39,823 nucleotides of DNA from IMG/VR virus record IMGVR_UViG_3300024996_000021, positions 1-39,823 of that record; one strand, written 5' to 3'. The notes under the pieces are model-generated. The model had not been told where the DNA came from. It saw nothing but the letters and a program-made list of their open reading frames with translations, and did not search any database. The stretch's first letter is position 1. Every line of letters starts with the position of its first letter. The stretch is from a virus (lineage: Duplodnaviria > Caudoviricetes). Positions 25,931-34,710 of this stretch are shown here, in pieces. The translations under genes and the position numbers were made by a program.

Positions 25931-26914
25931 ATGGCTTTTATGATGCAGGCGCTGGCAGATGTAGGGCCTTATAAACCCTTCAGACCAAGTTCATTGAAAT
26001 GGAATAGGAGTATTGATGAATACAGTGATACAGCGGTGATCACCATACCGGCAGTTTGTCACCTGGGCAAGGATTACAATTACAACCTTGTGGACACCTC
26101 CGCGCAATTTAAGGAAGGGATGAAAGTGCAAATAATGGCCGGCTATGATGGTAATCTTCCTGTTCGTTTCGTTGGTTTTATTAAACGAATTAATTACACG
26201 GTTCCGGTACAGTTGGAATGTGAAGGATATGCTTATCAGATGCGGAAAAAACTTGGCATTACCGCCAGCTTCCGGAAAGGAACAAAATTGAAGGAAATCA
26301 TTGCATTTCTGATTGCGGGCACGGATATAAAACTGAGCGATCAGATACCTGATGTAACGGTTGAAAGCCCGGTATATTTTCAGAACGCAAGCGGTATTCA
26401 GGCCATGGATCTGATAAAGGATAAAATGTTGCTTACGATATACTTTAATTGGAATGTGCTATATGTCGGGTTGAGGGAAACAGAAGTAAAAAACCGTGTT
26501 CGGTTTCGATTGGGCTGGAATGTGGTAAAAGATAATGAACTGAAATTTTCTGAAAGGGAATTTTCCGACGTGCGGATCGTACTTCAGGGAAAGGAAAAAG
26601 ATGGAAGTGTCAGACAAGCGGTGAAGGATTCAAAATACACGGATACAAAATTAAAAAAGATACGGGTATTGTTTGAAGAAAAATTCATGAATCAGATTGC
26701 CGCTGATTATAAAAAGACGCTGACGAATATGGGATATGAAGGAAGCATCACCGCATTTATGATTCCGTATGCAGAACCTGGTATGGCGGCGGTGATAGAA
26801 GATAATCGTTATCCCGAGCGTAACGGCACTTATTTCATTGAAGCAGTTGACGGCAGTTTTGATACGCGCGGCGGCAGACAAAGAATAAAAATCGGGAATG
26901 TGTTAAATGGATAA
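25931..26914 (+). CDS. Baseplate hub protein (gpD/Mu gpP-like)
   Basis: SDTAVITIP, GYEGSITAF, GTYFIEAV. Confidence 0.8.
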   Translation: MAFMMQALADVGPYKPFRPSSLKWNRSIDEYSDTAVITIPAVCHLGKDYNYNLVDTSAQFKEGMKVQIMAGYDGNLPVRFVGFIKRINYTVPVQLECEGYAYQMRKKLGITASFRKGTKLKEIIAFLIAGTDIKLSDQIPDVTVESPVYFQNASGIQAMDLIKDKMLLTIYFNWNVLYVGLRETEVKNRVRFRLGWNVVKDNELKFSEREFSDVRIVLQGKEKDGSVRQAVKDSKYTDTKLKKIRVLFEEKFMNQIAADYKKTLTNMGYEGSITAFMIPYAEPGMAAVIEDNRYPERNGTYFIEAVDGSFDTRGGRQRIKIGNVLNG

Positions 26915-27404
26915 AAGTCAGCAAATAAGAGATAGGATCAGGGAAATGGGAGGTGAACATGCGCCAATGCCTACCCTATTGGCCCAGGTTACCGGTGTGG
27001 ACGAAAATGCATTGACTTGTGATGTGATTGCTGACGGTTTGGAAATATATGATGTACGTCTTTGTCCGGTATTGAATGGGAAACAAAATGTGATTATTGT
27101 TCCAAAGGTAGGAAGCTGGGCTTTATGTGCCCGGGTAGAAAATGAGGATGACTGGATGTTATTGGCGGTTGATGATGCGAATAAGGTTAGAATAACAAAT
27201 GGGACAATGATTTTTGAAATGAGCGATGGAAAATACCTGGTGAAAAGCGGAAATGATGATTTGCAAAAAATAATGAACGATACAATGGACGCAATTATTG
27301 CAATGAAGTTTACAACGAATACGGGAGTGACCATTAACCTGGTGAATGCAGCCCAGTTTGATGCTTTGAAAACAAGATTTAACCAGCTTTTAAAAACGGT
27401 TTAA
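26907..27404 (+). CDS. Baseplate spike protein (gpV-like)
   Basis: OB-fold-like TCDV..DVRL..PKVGSW. Confidence 0.7.
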   Translation: MDKSQQIRDRIREMGGEHAPMPTLLAQVTGVDENALTCDVIADGLEIYDVRLCPVLNGKQNVIIVPKVGSWALCARVENEDDWMLLAVDDANKVRITNGTMIFEMSDGKYLVKSGNDDLQKIMNDTMDAIIAMKFTTNTGVTINLVNAAQFDALKTRFNQLLKTV

Positions 27405-27635
27405 ATGGCATTGGATAAAACGACATTGATCAATGATTTGAAAGCCATGTTTGATTATGAGGCTTTGCAGGAAGATCATCCGGAGGATAGCCGGCAGCGG
27501 GTGGCACAAAAAATGGCTGACGCAATTGACAAATATGTTAAGAGCGGAGATGGGAAATATCAGGCCGGGACATTAACGGCAGGAACTACGGCGGTTACGG
27601 CAGTGGGATCTGGCGCAACAATTAAAATGACATGA
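27405..27635 (+). CDS. Small baseplate-region protein
   Basis: MADAIDKYVKSG; follows the spike gene. Confidence 0.65.
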   Translation: MALDKTTLINDLKAMFDYEALQEDHPEDSRQRVAQKMADAIDKYVKSGDGKYQAGTLTAGTTAVTAVGSGATIKMT

Positions 27636-27916
27636 GGGATTTGATGAAATATACGGATGGAGATTTAAGAATTGAAAATAATGATGTGGTAATTGGCGAC
27701 AGCGATAACCAGCAACGGGAGGATTTGCTGGTGGTGGAAAAGGGTTCGGTAAAACAATTTCCAGATGCCGGCGTGGGTGTGTATAAATTTTTGGAAAGTG
27801 AAAACGGTTCGGATCTGCTCAGAGAAATTGGTCTTCAATTTACGGCAGACGGCATGGACGTGAAAGCGATTGATGTGAAAGATAATCAGATTTATGTGGA
27901 TGCACCATATCAATAA
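27632..27916 (+). CDS. Baseplate wedge protein (gpW/gp25-like)
   Basis: KGSVKQFPDAGVG; position in the baseplate cluster. Confidence 0.65.
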   Translation: MRDLMKYTDGDLRIENNDVVIGDSDNQQREDLLVVEKGSVKQFPDAGVGVYKFLESENGSDLLREIGLQFTADGMDVKAIDVKDNQIYVDAPYQ

Positions 27917-27920
27917 CTGA

Positions 27921-28220
27921 ATGATGAAAGTAGTAAAAATATTAGCGGGGCAAACGATTGCGGATATCGCCGTGCAGGAGTTGGGCGATGCAGACAGAAG
28001 CATGGAAATAGCGGACTTGAACGGGTTGGGCCTTACAGATGATCTTTCAACCGTATCAACCTTGCTGGTTCCGGATTATGAGGTGAGCCGAAGAAATATC
28101 GTGAATCTGTTTCGCGATCCGGCCAACGCACCGGCCAGCAATGATGTGAGCGGCGAAACGGTTGCACCGTTGGAAGGCATTGGTTATTGGGGAATTGAAA
28201 ACGATTTTATAGTACAATAA
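27921..28220 (+). CDS. LysM-like tail protein (gpX-like)
   Basis: GQTIADIAVQELG...IADLNGL; GIGYWGIENDFIV. Confidence 0.7.
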   Translation: MMKVVKILAGQTIADIAVQELGDADRSMEIADLNGLGLTDDLSTVSTLLVPDYEVSRRNIVNLFRDPANAPASNDVSGETVAPLEGIGYWGIENDFIVQ

Positions 28221-29080
28221 TGGCAAGAAGCACACAGGAAATATTTGATGCATCGGTAGCTGAAGGAATACGCCTGGCAAATGACGCAAACCTTCCCGAT
28301 GTCGCAGCCATGTTTGCGAACACAAGCCGTGTTGCAGTGTGGAAAATATTATTCTGGGCGGTGGCATTTATCATTCATTCGTTGGAGGTGATTTATGATC
28401 TTTTCCGCGCGGAAATAGATGATCGGGTATTGCAATTGAAGGCTCACAGTGCAAGATGGTATGCTGAGAAAGCAAAACTCTTTCAATATGGATATAATCT
28501 GATTCCGGAAACAGACGGTTATGATAATTCAGGATTAAGTGAAGATCAGATCGCAGCTTCAAAAATTGTTGCTTACGCTGCCGTGGTGGAGCAAGAAAGA
28601 GGCATTCGGATTAAGATAGCAAAAATAATTGGTGGCGATTTAGGACCGTTGGCCGCAGATGAATTGACGGCTTTCGAAGAATACATGGAACAAATCAAAG
28701 ATGCCGGAATCAAATTGCTTATCACCAGCGGAGTGGCAGATGACCTGAAAACCACTTTACGCATTTTTTACAATCCTCTTGTTCTCAACAGCGCTGGCGG
28801 ACGGATAGATGGAATAGATCCGAGACCTGTACAGGCTGCATTTCAGAGGTATCTCAAAAACCTTCCTTTCAACGGCATTTTTGCGCCCATGCTAATGGTA
28901 GATCAATTGCAATCGGTTGACGGTGTTGTACTGGTGCAGGATGATTTGTGGCAGGCAAGATATGGCGCATTGGACTTCAACGGAATTGACGTGGAATATA
29001 ATCCTGATTCCGGCTATCTGAGAATTGCAGATGTTGATTTAGACGCTTCATTAACCTTTATCCCACATTCTGTGATATGA
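28220..29080 (+). CDS. Baseplate J-like protein
   Basis: MARST, WYAEKAKLFQYG, IKDAG, YLKNLPFNG. Confidence 0.75.
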   Translation: MARSTQEIFDASVAEGIRLANDANLPDVAAMFANTSRVAVWKILFWAVAFIIHSLEVIYDLFRAEIDDRVLQLKAHSARWYAEKAKLFQYGYNLIPETDGYDNSGLSEDQIAASKIVAYAAVVEQERGIRIKIAKIIGGDLGPLAADELTAFEEYMEQIKDAGIKLLITSGVADDLKTTLRIFYNPLVLNSAGGRIDGIDPRPVQAAFQRYLKNLPFNGIFAPMLMVDQLQSVDGVVLVQDDLWQARYGALDFNGIDVEYNPDSGYLRIADVDLDASLTFIPHSVI

Positions 29081-29568
29081 GCAATGAGAGTACATATAAC
29101 ATAAACATTTACCGGCAGGCCGAGTGGTTGTTGCATAAGGCGTTGCGAAAGCCGAAATGGATTGTGATGCTCAAAGCAATGGTGTATCCGCTGATTAACC
29201 TGGCTAATAAGTTTCTATTCTACCGGAAGGCGAAGCTATATCAGTTGATGATAACTCCCCAGGTATGTTACCTGGAAATGATGCTGAACGACAAATATGA
29301 TTTCACGCAGCGACGAATCAGGATAGATGACGCGGTGTGGCATCTTCCGTGGTTTATCTACCAGGAAGAGGAATTGAAACCGGAATTTATATATCAGGAA
29401 TCCGAAGCACAACCTGTTTGGATCTACAACGATGGTGAAGCGGGAACGGCATTGAATGATTTTGTTGTGTTGGTGCCGATTGATATTGTTTTTCAGGAAC
29501 CGGAGATGAGAAGTGCGATTGATGCATATAAATTATTTGGAACAACCTACACAATTCAAAGGATATGA
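29077..29568 (+). CDS. Baseplate protein (gpI-like)
   Basis: PQVCYLEMMLND; follows the J-like gene. Confidence 0.7.
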   Translation: MSNESTYNINIYRQAEWLLHKALRKPKWIVMLKAMVYPLINLANKFLFYRKAKLYQLMITPQVCYLEMMLNDKYDFTQRRIRIDDAVWHLPWFIYQEEELKPEFIYQESEAQPVWIYNDGEAGTALNDFVVLVPIDIVFQEPEMRSAIDAYKLFGTTYTIQRI

Positions 29569-30323
29569 ATAAAAGAATTGATTTCAGTTTTAATGGTGGT
29601 TTTCCTGCAACGCAGTATATGACGAGTTACATGCAGGATAGCTATCGCGGAGCACTGGCCGCTCTTGCATCGTATGCAGGCGATAAAGTGATATTGACGG
29701 GTTGTGAAGTGATTGGCGGCACGATTACAAACGGGTGGATCAGCTATAACGGTGAATTGATGCCGTTTATTGGCGGCCCATGGTCAGCAGATGCGCAGGT
29801 TGTGGTTGTGGAAAGTTCTGAAGCACGGCTTTTTCAAGATAATACTTCGCACAATGTTTATTTCAAAAAAGAGGCCAGGATAGGCACACCCGGGTTATTT
29901 GCATTTGCAGAATTGCGCCAGCCCGGGGTGGTGCCGAAAGGATTGATCAGCATGTGGAGCGGAGCGATTAGTGAAATTCCAAAAGGATGGGCGCTGTGCG
30001 ATGGACATAATGGCACACCGGATTTGAGAAGCCGCTTCATTGTCGGATACGATGATCGTGATGCGGATTATAATGAGATTGGTAAAACGGGTGGTGAAAA
30101 GAAACATCAATTATCAATAGCGGAGATGCCGACGCACTCGCACGATGTTGATGATTATCAATCACAGGATGATTCGCGGTCTTACCAAAAGGGTAAGTGG
30201 TTTTATGGAGACCCGGGAACGGGTGTTTTGCAAGGTACAGCGAAAACAAAAGATAGCGGTGGAAGTCAGCCTCACGAGAACCGACCACCCTTTTATACGC
30301 TTGCACTGATAATTAAATTATAG
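29565..30323 (+). CDS. Short tail fibre with collar domain
   Basis: IPKGWALCDG..PDLRSRFIVG..GGEKKHQLS..HSH..HENRPPFYTL. Confidence 0.85.
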   Translation: MNKRIDFSFNGGFPATQYMTSYMQDSYRGALAALASYAGDKVILTGCEVIGGTITNGWISYNGELMPFIGGPWSADAQVVVVESSEARLFQDNTSHNVYFKKEARIGTPGLFAFAELRQPGVVPKGLISMWSGAISEIPKGWALCDGHNGTPDLRSRFIVGYDDRDADYNEIGKTGGEKKHQLSIAEMPTHSHDVDDYQSQDDSRSYQKGKWFYGDPGTGVLQGTAKTKDSGGSQPHENRPPFYTLALIIKL

Positions 30324-30329
30324 CAGAAG

Positions 30330-30788
30330 ATGGCATATATAGATACAGTTAAACCGTGGTTTGAAACAGGCGATAAGCCAACACAAGCACAATTCTGGAC
30401 GCTCTTCAGCTATCTGCGCTTTAAAGATGATGCTATAAAAAAAGAGGATATAGAAGGACTTATCTCCATTCTTGCGGCTAAGGCAGAGCAAGCCTCACTT
30501 GATTCTTTTATTGGAGGCGAGCTGGTATTGTTCAATGCTGATGGAGAATATGTTATACCAAGCGAATATATGCTTGAAAAATTAATCATTGTTCCTGTTG
30601 TGAATCTTGTGGTAAATATAGGCCTGACGGCAGGTGGCGACGAAGTATTGAATGCATTTAATGTAACAACTGACGGTCAGGTGTGTGTTATAAACCTGTT
30701 TGCGTTGGCAAGCAAAACAATTTACTTCAGCGGTCTGTCGGCCGGTACAAAAATCATATTCATTAAAAGAAAAATAAAACTGACATGA
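30330..30788 (+). CDS. Tail-associated hypothetical protein
   Basis: WFETGDKPTQAQFW N-terminal motif. Confidence 0.7.
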   Translation: MAYIDTVKPWFETGDKPTQAQFWTLFSYLRFKDDAIKKEDIEGLISILAAKAEQASLDSFIGGELVLFNADGEYVIPSEYMLEKLIIVPVVNLVVNIGLTAGGDEVLNAFNVTTDGQVCVINLFALASKTIYFSGLSAGTKIIFIKRKIKLT

Positions 30789-31081
30789 GAGATCTGATCA
30801 TCGCACTGATAGGAAGTGGCGGAATTACATTTTTGCTGGGGTGGCTCAGTGGGCGAAAAAAGAAGAAAGCGGATTTGGAAGGTAAACGCCTTGAAAATTT
30901 ACAAAATACACTTGACATATATGACCGTGTTCACGAAGATTTGAAAAGAGAACTGGATGAACTCTCTGAAAAATGCAGCAGGTTGAGTAATCAGATATCA
31001 GAACTGAGACGGGAAAATGAAACGCTCAAAAGGGAAATTCACACGCTAACACAAAAATTGAGATCAACTACAAGACAATAA
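30785..31081 (+). CDS. N-terminal TM + coiled-coil protein (holin/spanin candidate)
   Basis: TM LIIALIGSGGITFLLGWL, then heptad repeats. Confidence 0.6.
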   Translation: MRDLIIALIGSGGITFLLGWLSGRKKKKADLEGKRLENLQNTLDIYDRVHEDLKRELDELSEKCSRLSNQISELRRENETLKREIHTLTQKLRSTTRQ

Positions 31082-31108
31082 TTCATTTAAAACAATTAAT
31101 TAAAAAAC

Positions 31109-31561
31109 ATGAGCGTAAAAACATTTTTGCAAAAAATTTACAATTCAATCAAACGATTCTTCACCGGCCTGATGCCTGAGCTCAAGAAAGCAATTCATAT
31201 TGGCGTCACCGTTACGGAGGCAATTAAAAAGTTTGATACTAACAGTCCAATTGCAGCAGATATCCTGACCGCATTGATTCCGGGGACGGTTGATGATTTC
31301 ATTAAAAATAAGATCAGGGAGCAATTGCCAAAGATCGTTGTGCAACTCCGGCTCGTTGATGAGACACTTGGACTGACAGATCCCGCGGATATTATGAGAC
31401 AAGCGGTGAAGGTAATTCAGCAACTTGACGGTGATTACAGCAACGCATTTCTACATGATCTCAGCATCATTGTAGCACAGGTTGCGGCGGATGGTAAACT
31501 AAACTGGGGTGATGCAGTATATCTGCTTCAATGGTATTATCAGCATAAATTTAAGCAATAG
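31109..31561 (+). CDS. Hypothetical protein
   Basis: 150 aa helical ORF with good start context. Confidence 0.75.
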   Translation: MSVKTFLQKIYNSIKRFFTGLMPELKKAIHIGVTVTEAIKKFDTNSPIAADILTALIPGTVDDFIKNKIREQLPKIVVQLRLVDETLGLTDPADIMRQAVKVIQQLDGDYSNAFLHDLSIIVAQVAADGKLNWGDAVYLLQWYYQHKFKQ

Positions 31562-31590
31562 GTTGTTTTCGTTGAGCAGTTGTTGATGAA

Positions 31591-31618
31591 CCGTCCCGTT
31601 TCTACGGGGCGGATTTTT
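31591..31618. terminator. Hairpin with TTCT loop (copy 2)
   Basis: CCGTCCCGT-TTCT-ACGGGGCGG then ATTTTT. Confidence 0.65.
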
Positions 31619-31637
31619 AAAAACGATTTAAAAAGTT

Positions 31638-34600
31638 ATGAAACACATTTTAACAGCGATATTAATCCTGCTTGCATATTGTTCAAAGGCACAAGTTGGC
31701 AATGTTGATCAGTTCAGGATAAAAACAAAACTCACGCTCGGTGACAGATCAGTAACGAAACTGTACAACGACAGCACGTTTGCAGCGGCTGATTCGCTGA
31801 GTTTACCGACGTCGTGGGCGGTGAAAGGGTTTGTGGCCAACAAACTATCACAAATGACAATTGCGACCGGAAAAACTTATGTGGTGAGTTCGCAATCGGA
31901 GATGCTTGCGCTCAGCGCTAACGTGGGCGATGTCGCTGTGAGGACTGATTCATCTGCAAGTTTTATTTTACAGGTTACACCGGCGAGCACACTGTCAAAT
32001 TGGGTACTGTTGTTATTCCCGAATAATGTACCGAGTGTATTCGGACGATCAGGCAATGTGGTCGCGCAAGACGGCGATTACGATCATACCCAGATATCTG
32101 GTGTTGATTCATTGTTTGCTCTGAAACAAAACAACATCATCAACCTTGGCGATACTGTTTTATATCTGAAAAAACGGGATAGCTCTATTTTTGCAACTGT
32201 GTATCAAAATAATATGAAAGCGAATAATTCGGATGTAGTTCATAAAACCGGCGATGAAACAATAGCAGGAACGAAGACATTTGCAGATTCGCTAAAAGTG
32301 CCGACGCGCACTCAAGCAGATAGCTCGGCGAATGCAGCAAATACAGCTTGGATTAAAGCACAGAGCTACATGAAGTCAATCGGGAAATTACCATCAGGCT
32401 CAATACCATTTTCAGACGCAAACGGCATATTGACATGGGATGCAGCAGGATTACTATGGGATGGATCAAACTTACGAGCCGGGCACGATGATTTTTACAG
32501 CACAACAGGACTTGGGTTAAATGGAAACAGAGCATACATAGGCGGTAGTGGTTTTGGCATGGTTGTGAAGACAACGGGTGGCAGGCCGATGGATGGTAGC
32601 AAGTCAATTATATTCTATAATAGTGATACAGAATATGGCCGGTTTTCGATGCGAACTGCATATGATAGCATGCTCAGGTTTACCTCCAGGATGGAAATAA
32701 TCCCGGGTACCACTAATAAATTTGATATAGGTTCCTCGTCGCTGCAATGGAATAATATTTACGCAAAGCAGTTCTATTTGAATGGCACATTATTATCACC
32801 AGTTTCGAACGAACAAATCAACCTATGGACTAACAAGCAAGACCAACTCAATGGCACAGGATTCGTGAAGGCAAACGGAAGCACTATCACTTATGATAAT
32901 TCAACGTATGCGACGCAATTGGCATTAAATGATACGGCAAGTGCATTGAGAGCTATTGCAGGGAGTGGCGGCGATATGTTCAAGTCCGTTTATGACCCAA
33001 CCAACATCTCTGGTGATGCTTTCAATTACAACAATCTTTATAATACCCCGAATCTGACTTTAAAGCTAAACATCTCTGATACATCTACAATGCTTTCAAA
33101 GTATCTGAGGAAGGTTGACACAACTGGAAAATGGCTTTCTGCATCCTATACTCCTTCATGGGGTAATATTACTGGTAAGCCGACTACACTCTCAGGATAT
33201 GGAATCACGGATGCTGTAAATACAACAGGAACACAGACTGTAGCAGGAACTAAGACCTTTTCAGCTTCAATGATCTATTTTAATAATATTCACGGGTTGA
33301 ATAGAGTTAGTCTTGGAAATGGAACATTTGAAAGTTTTAGTTTATTTTCTGATCCTACAAATAGTATCTTTGGTATAGGAGCAAATGCCTATCATGATCC
33401 TACAACGAACACTTACATAGTTCCTATTAAGTTTGCTTATGGTGGACACGGTGCAACGATTGAGGCGTCTCCAACCACAGGTATAAGAGCAATGTCAGTT
33501 GATTCAAACGGAGTTGCAACGAGATTAATTTCAGTCGATACTTCTGGAACTCTTAACTTACCTAAATTAAAATCTGGAGTTTCCGGCCAAGATTTTCTAA
33601 GAATTGATGTAAACAATGATGTTTTCAGGAACACACAATCGGAAGTGATTACTCATCTTGGTATATCTGCAAAGATGAACTACACGGATACATCTGCTAT
33701 GCTTTCTCCTTTGTGGAATAAAATAAATTCACAAACGACCGATACGGTTACGGCAAATACTCCTTTGCACATTGTTTTAAATCAGTCAACTAATAAACAG
33801 ACACTCTATGTTGATACAGCATCTGCAACTAAGGACGGTGCATTACTAAAGGAGGATTGGAGTACATTTAACGGGAAGCAGAATCAGATATTACTTACCA
33901 CGAATGGAACATCTGGAGCAGCTACACTGACAGGAAGTACGCTGAATATACCTCAATACTCTGGCGGTACTGGAGGAGTGACTAATCTTGCTCTTGGCAC
34001 TGCAACAACAACGACGCAACTTATTACAAACAGCAACGGAACAGGATTCACTCTCACTGCTGCAACAACGCTGAAAGCAGGATTATTAAGTTCTGACACG
34101 CAAACTATTGCAGGGAATAAGATATTTAATGGAAGTGTAACACTAAAGTCCGCAGCCGATGATGGTGCTGCTCTAGATAAGATTCTACAAGTCGATCCAA
34201 CAGGTATAATCAAGAGTAATACATTTTCAGACTTCCAATACAAGATAGGAGTTAACGATAGACCTAAGTTTACAGATTCGGTAACTGCAATTCAAACAGG
34301 TACAATGACACCTACGATGCTCGCCTCCTTAAATGGTAAGCAGGATAAACTAATAGCAATAACGAATCAAAGTAATAATTATACTCTTGCTCTTTCGGAT
34401 GCTAATGGAATGTTGCGAGAAGGATCGTCAGCAGCAACGACAGTAACTGTTCCTACAAATGCTACAGTTGCTTATCCGATAGGAACACAAATCAATATTA
34501 TGCAGGCAAGTACGGCACAGGTGACGATTGCAGGAGCAGCAGGAGTAACGATAAATAGTGCAGACGGGAAGAAGAAGACAAGGGTTCAGTTCAGTACGGT

Positions 34601-34658
34601 TACCCTCGTGAAGATGGCTACTGATACATGGTTATTGTTTGGAGATATATCAAATTAA
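31638..34658 (+). CDS. Tail-fibre-like protein with Sec signal peptide
   Basis: MKHILTAILILLAYCSKA|Q; fibre motifs KPTTLSGYGITDA, HKTGDETIAGTKTF, SVFGRSGNVVA. Confidence 0.8.
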   Translation: MKHILTAILILLAYCSKAQVGNVDQFRIKTKLTLGDRSVTKLYNDSTFAAADSLSLPTSWAVKGFVANKLSQMTIATGKTYVVSSQSEMLALSANVGDVAVRTDSSASFILQVTPASTLSNWVLLLFPNNVPSVFGRSGNVVAQDGDYDHTQISGVDSLFALKQNNIINLGDTVLYLKKRDSSIFATVYQNNMKANNSDVVHKTGDETIAGTKTFADSLKVPTRTQADSSANAANTAWIKAQSYMKSIGKLPSGSIPFSDANGILTWDAAGLLWDGSNLRAGHDDFYSTTGLGLNGNRAYIGGSGFGMVVKTTGGRPMDGSKSIIFYNSDTEYGRFSMRTAYDSMLRFTSRMEIIPGTTNKFDIGSSSLQWNNIYAKQFYLNGTLLSPVSNEQINLWTNKQDQLNGTGFVKANGSTITYDNSTYATQLALNDTASALRAIAGSGGDMFKSVYDPTNISGDAFNYNNLYNTPNLTLKLNISDTSTMLSKYLRKVDTTGKWLSASYTPSWGNITGKPTTLSGYGITDAVNTTGTQTVAGTKTFSASMIYFNNIHGLNRVSLGNGTFESFSLFSDPTNSIFGIGANAYHDPTTNTYIVPIKFAYGGHGATIEASPTTGIRAMSVDSNGVATRLISVDTSGTLNLPKLKSGVSGQDFLRIDVNNDVFRNTQSEVITHLGISAKMNYTDTSAMLSPLWNKINSQTTDTVTANTPLHIVLNQSTNKQTLYVDTASATKDGALLKEDWSTFNGKQNQILLTTNGTSGAATLTGSTLNIPQYSGGTGGVTNLALGTATTTTQLITNSNGTGFTLTAATTLKAGLLSSDTQTIAGNKIFNGSVTLKSAADDGAALDKILQVDPTGIIKSNTFSDFQYKIGVNDRPKFTDSVTAIQTGTMTPTMLASLNGKQDKLIAITNQSNNYTLALSDANGMLREGSSAATTVTVPTNATVAYPIGTQINIMQASTAQVTIAGAAGVTINSADGKKKTRVQFSTVTLVKMATDTWLLFGDISN

Positions 34659-34710
34659 AAAGATAGTGAAGATAGTTTTTTCCATAAGGTGCAGTTTTAC
34701 GGTGATAGGA

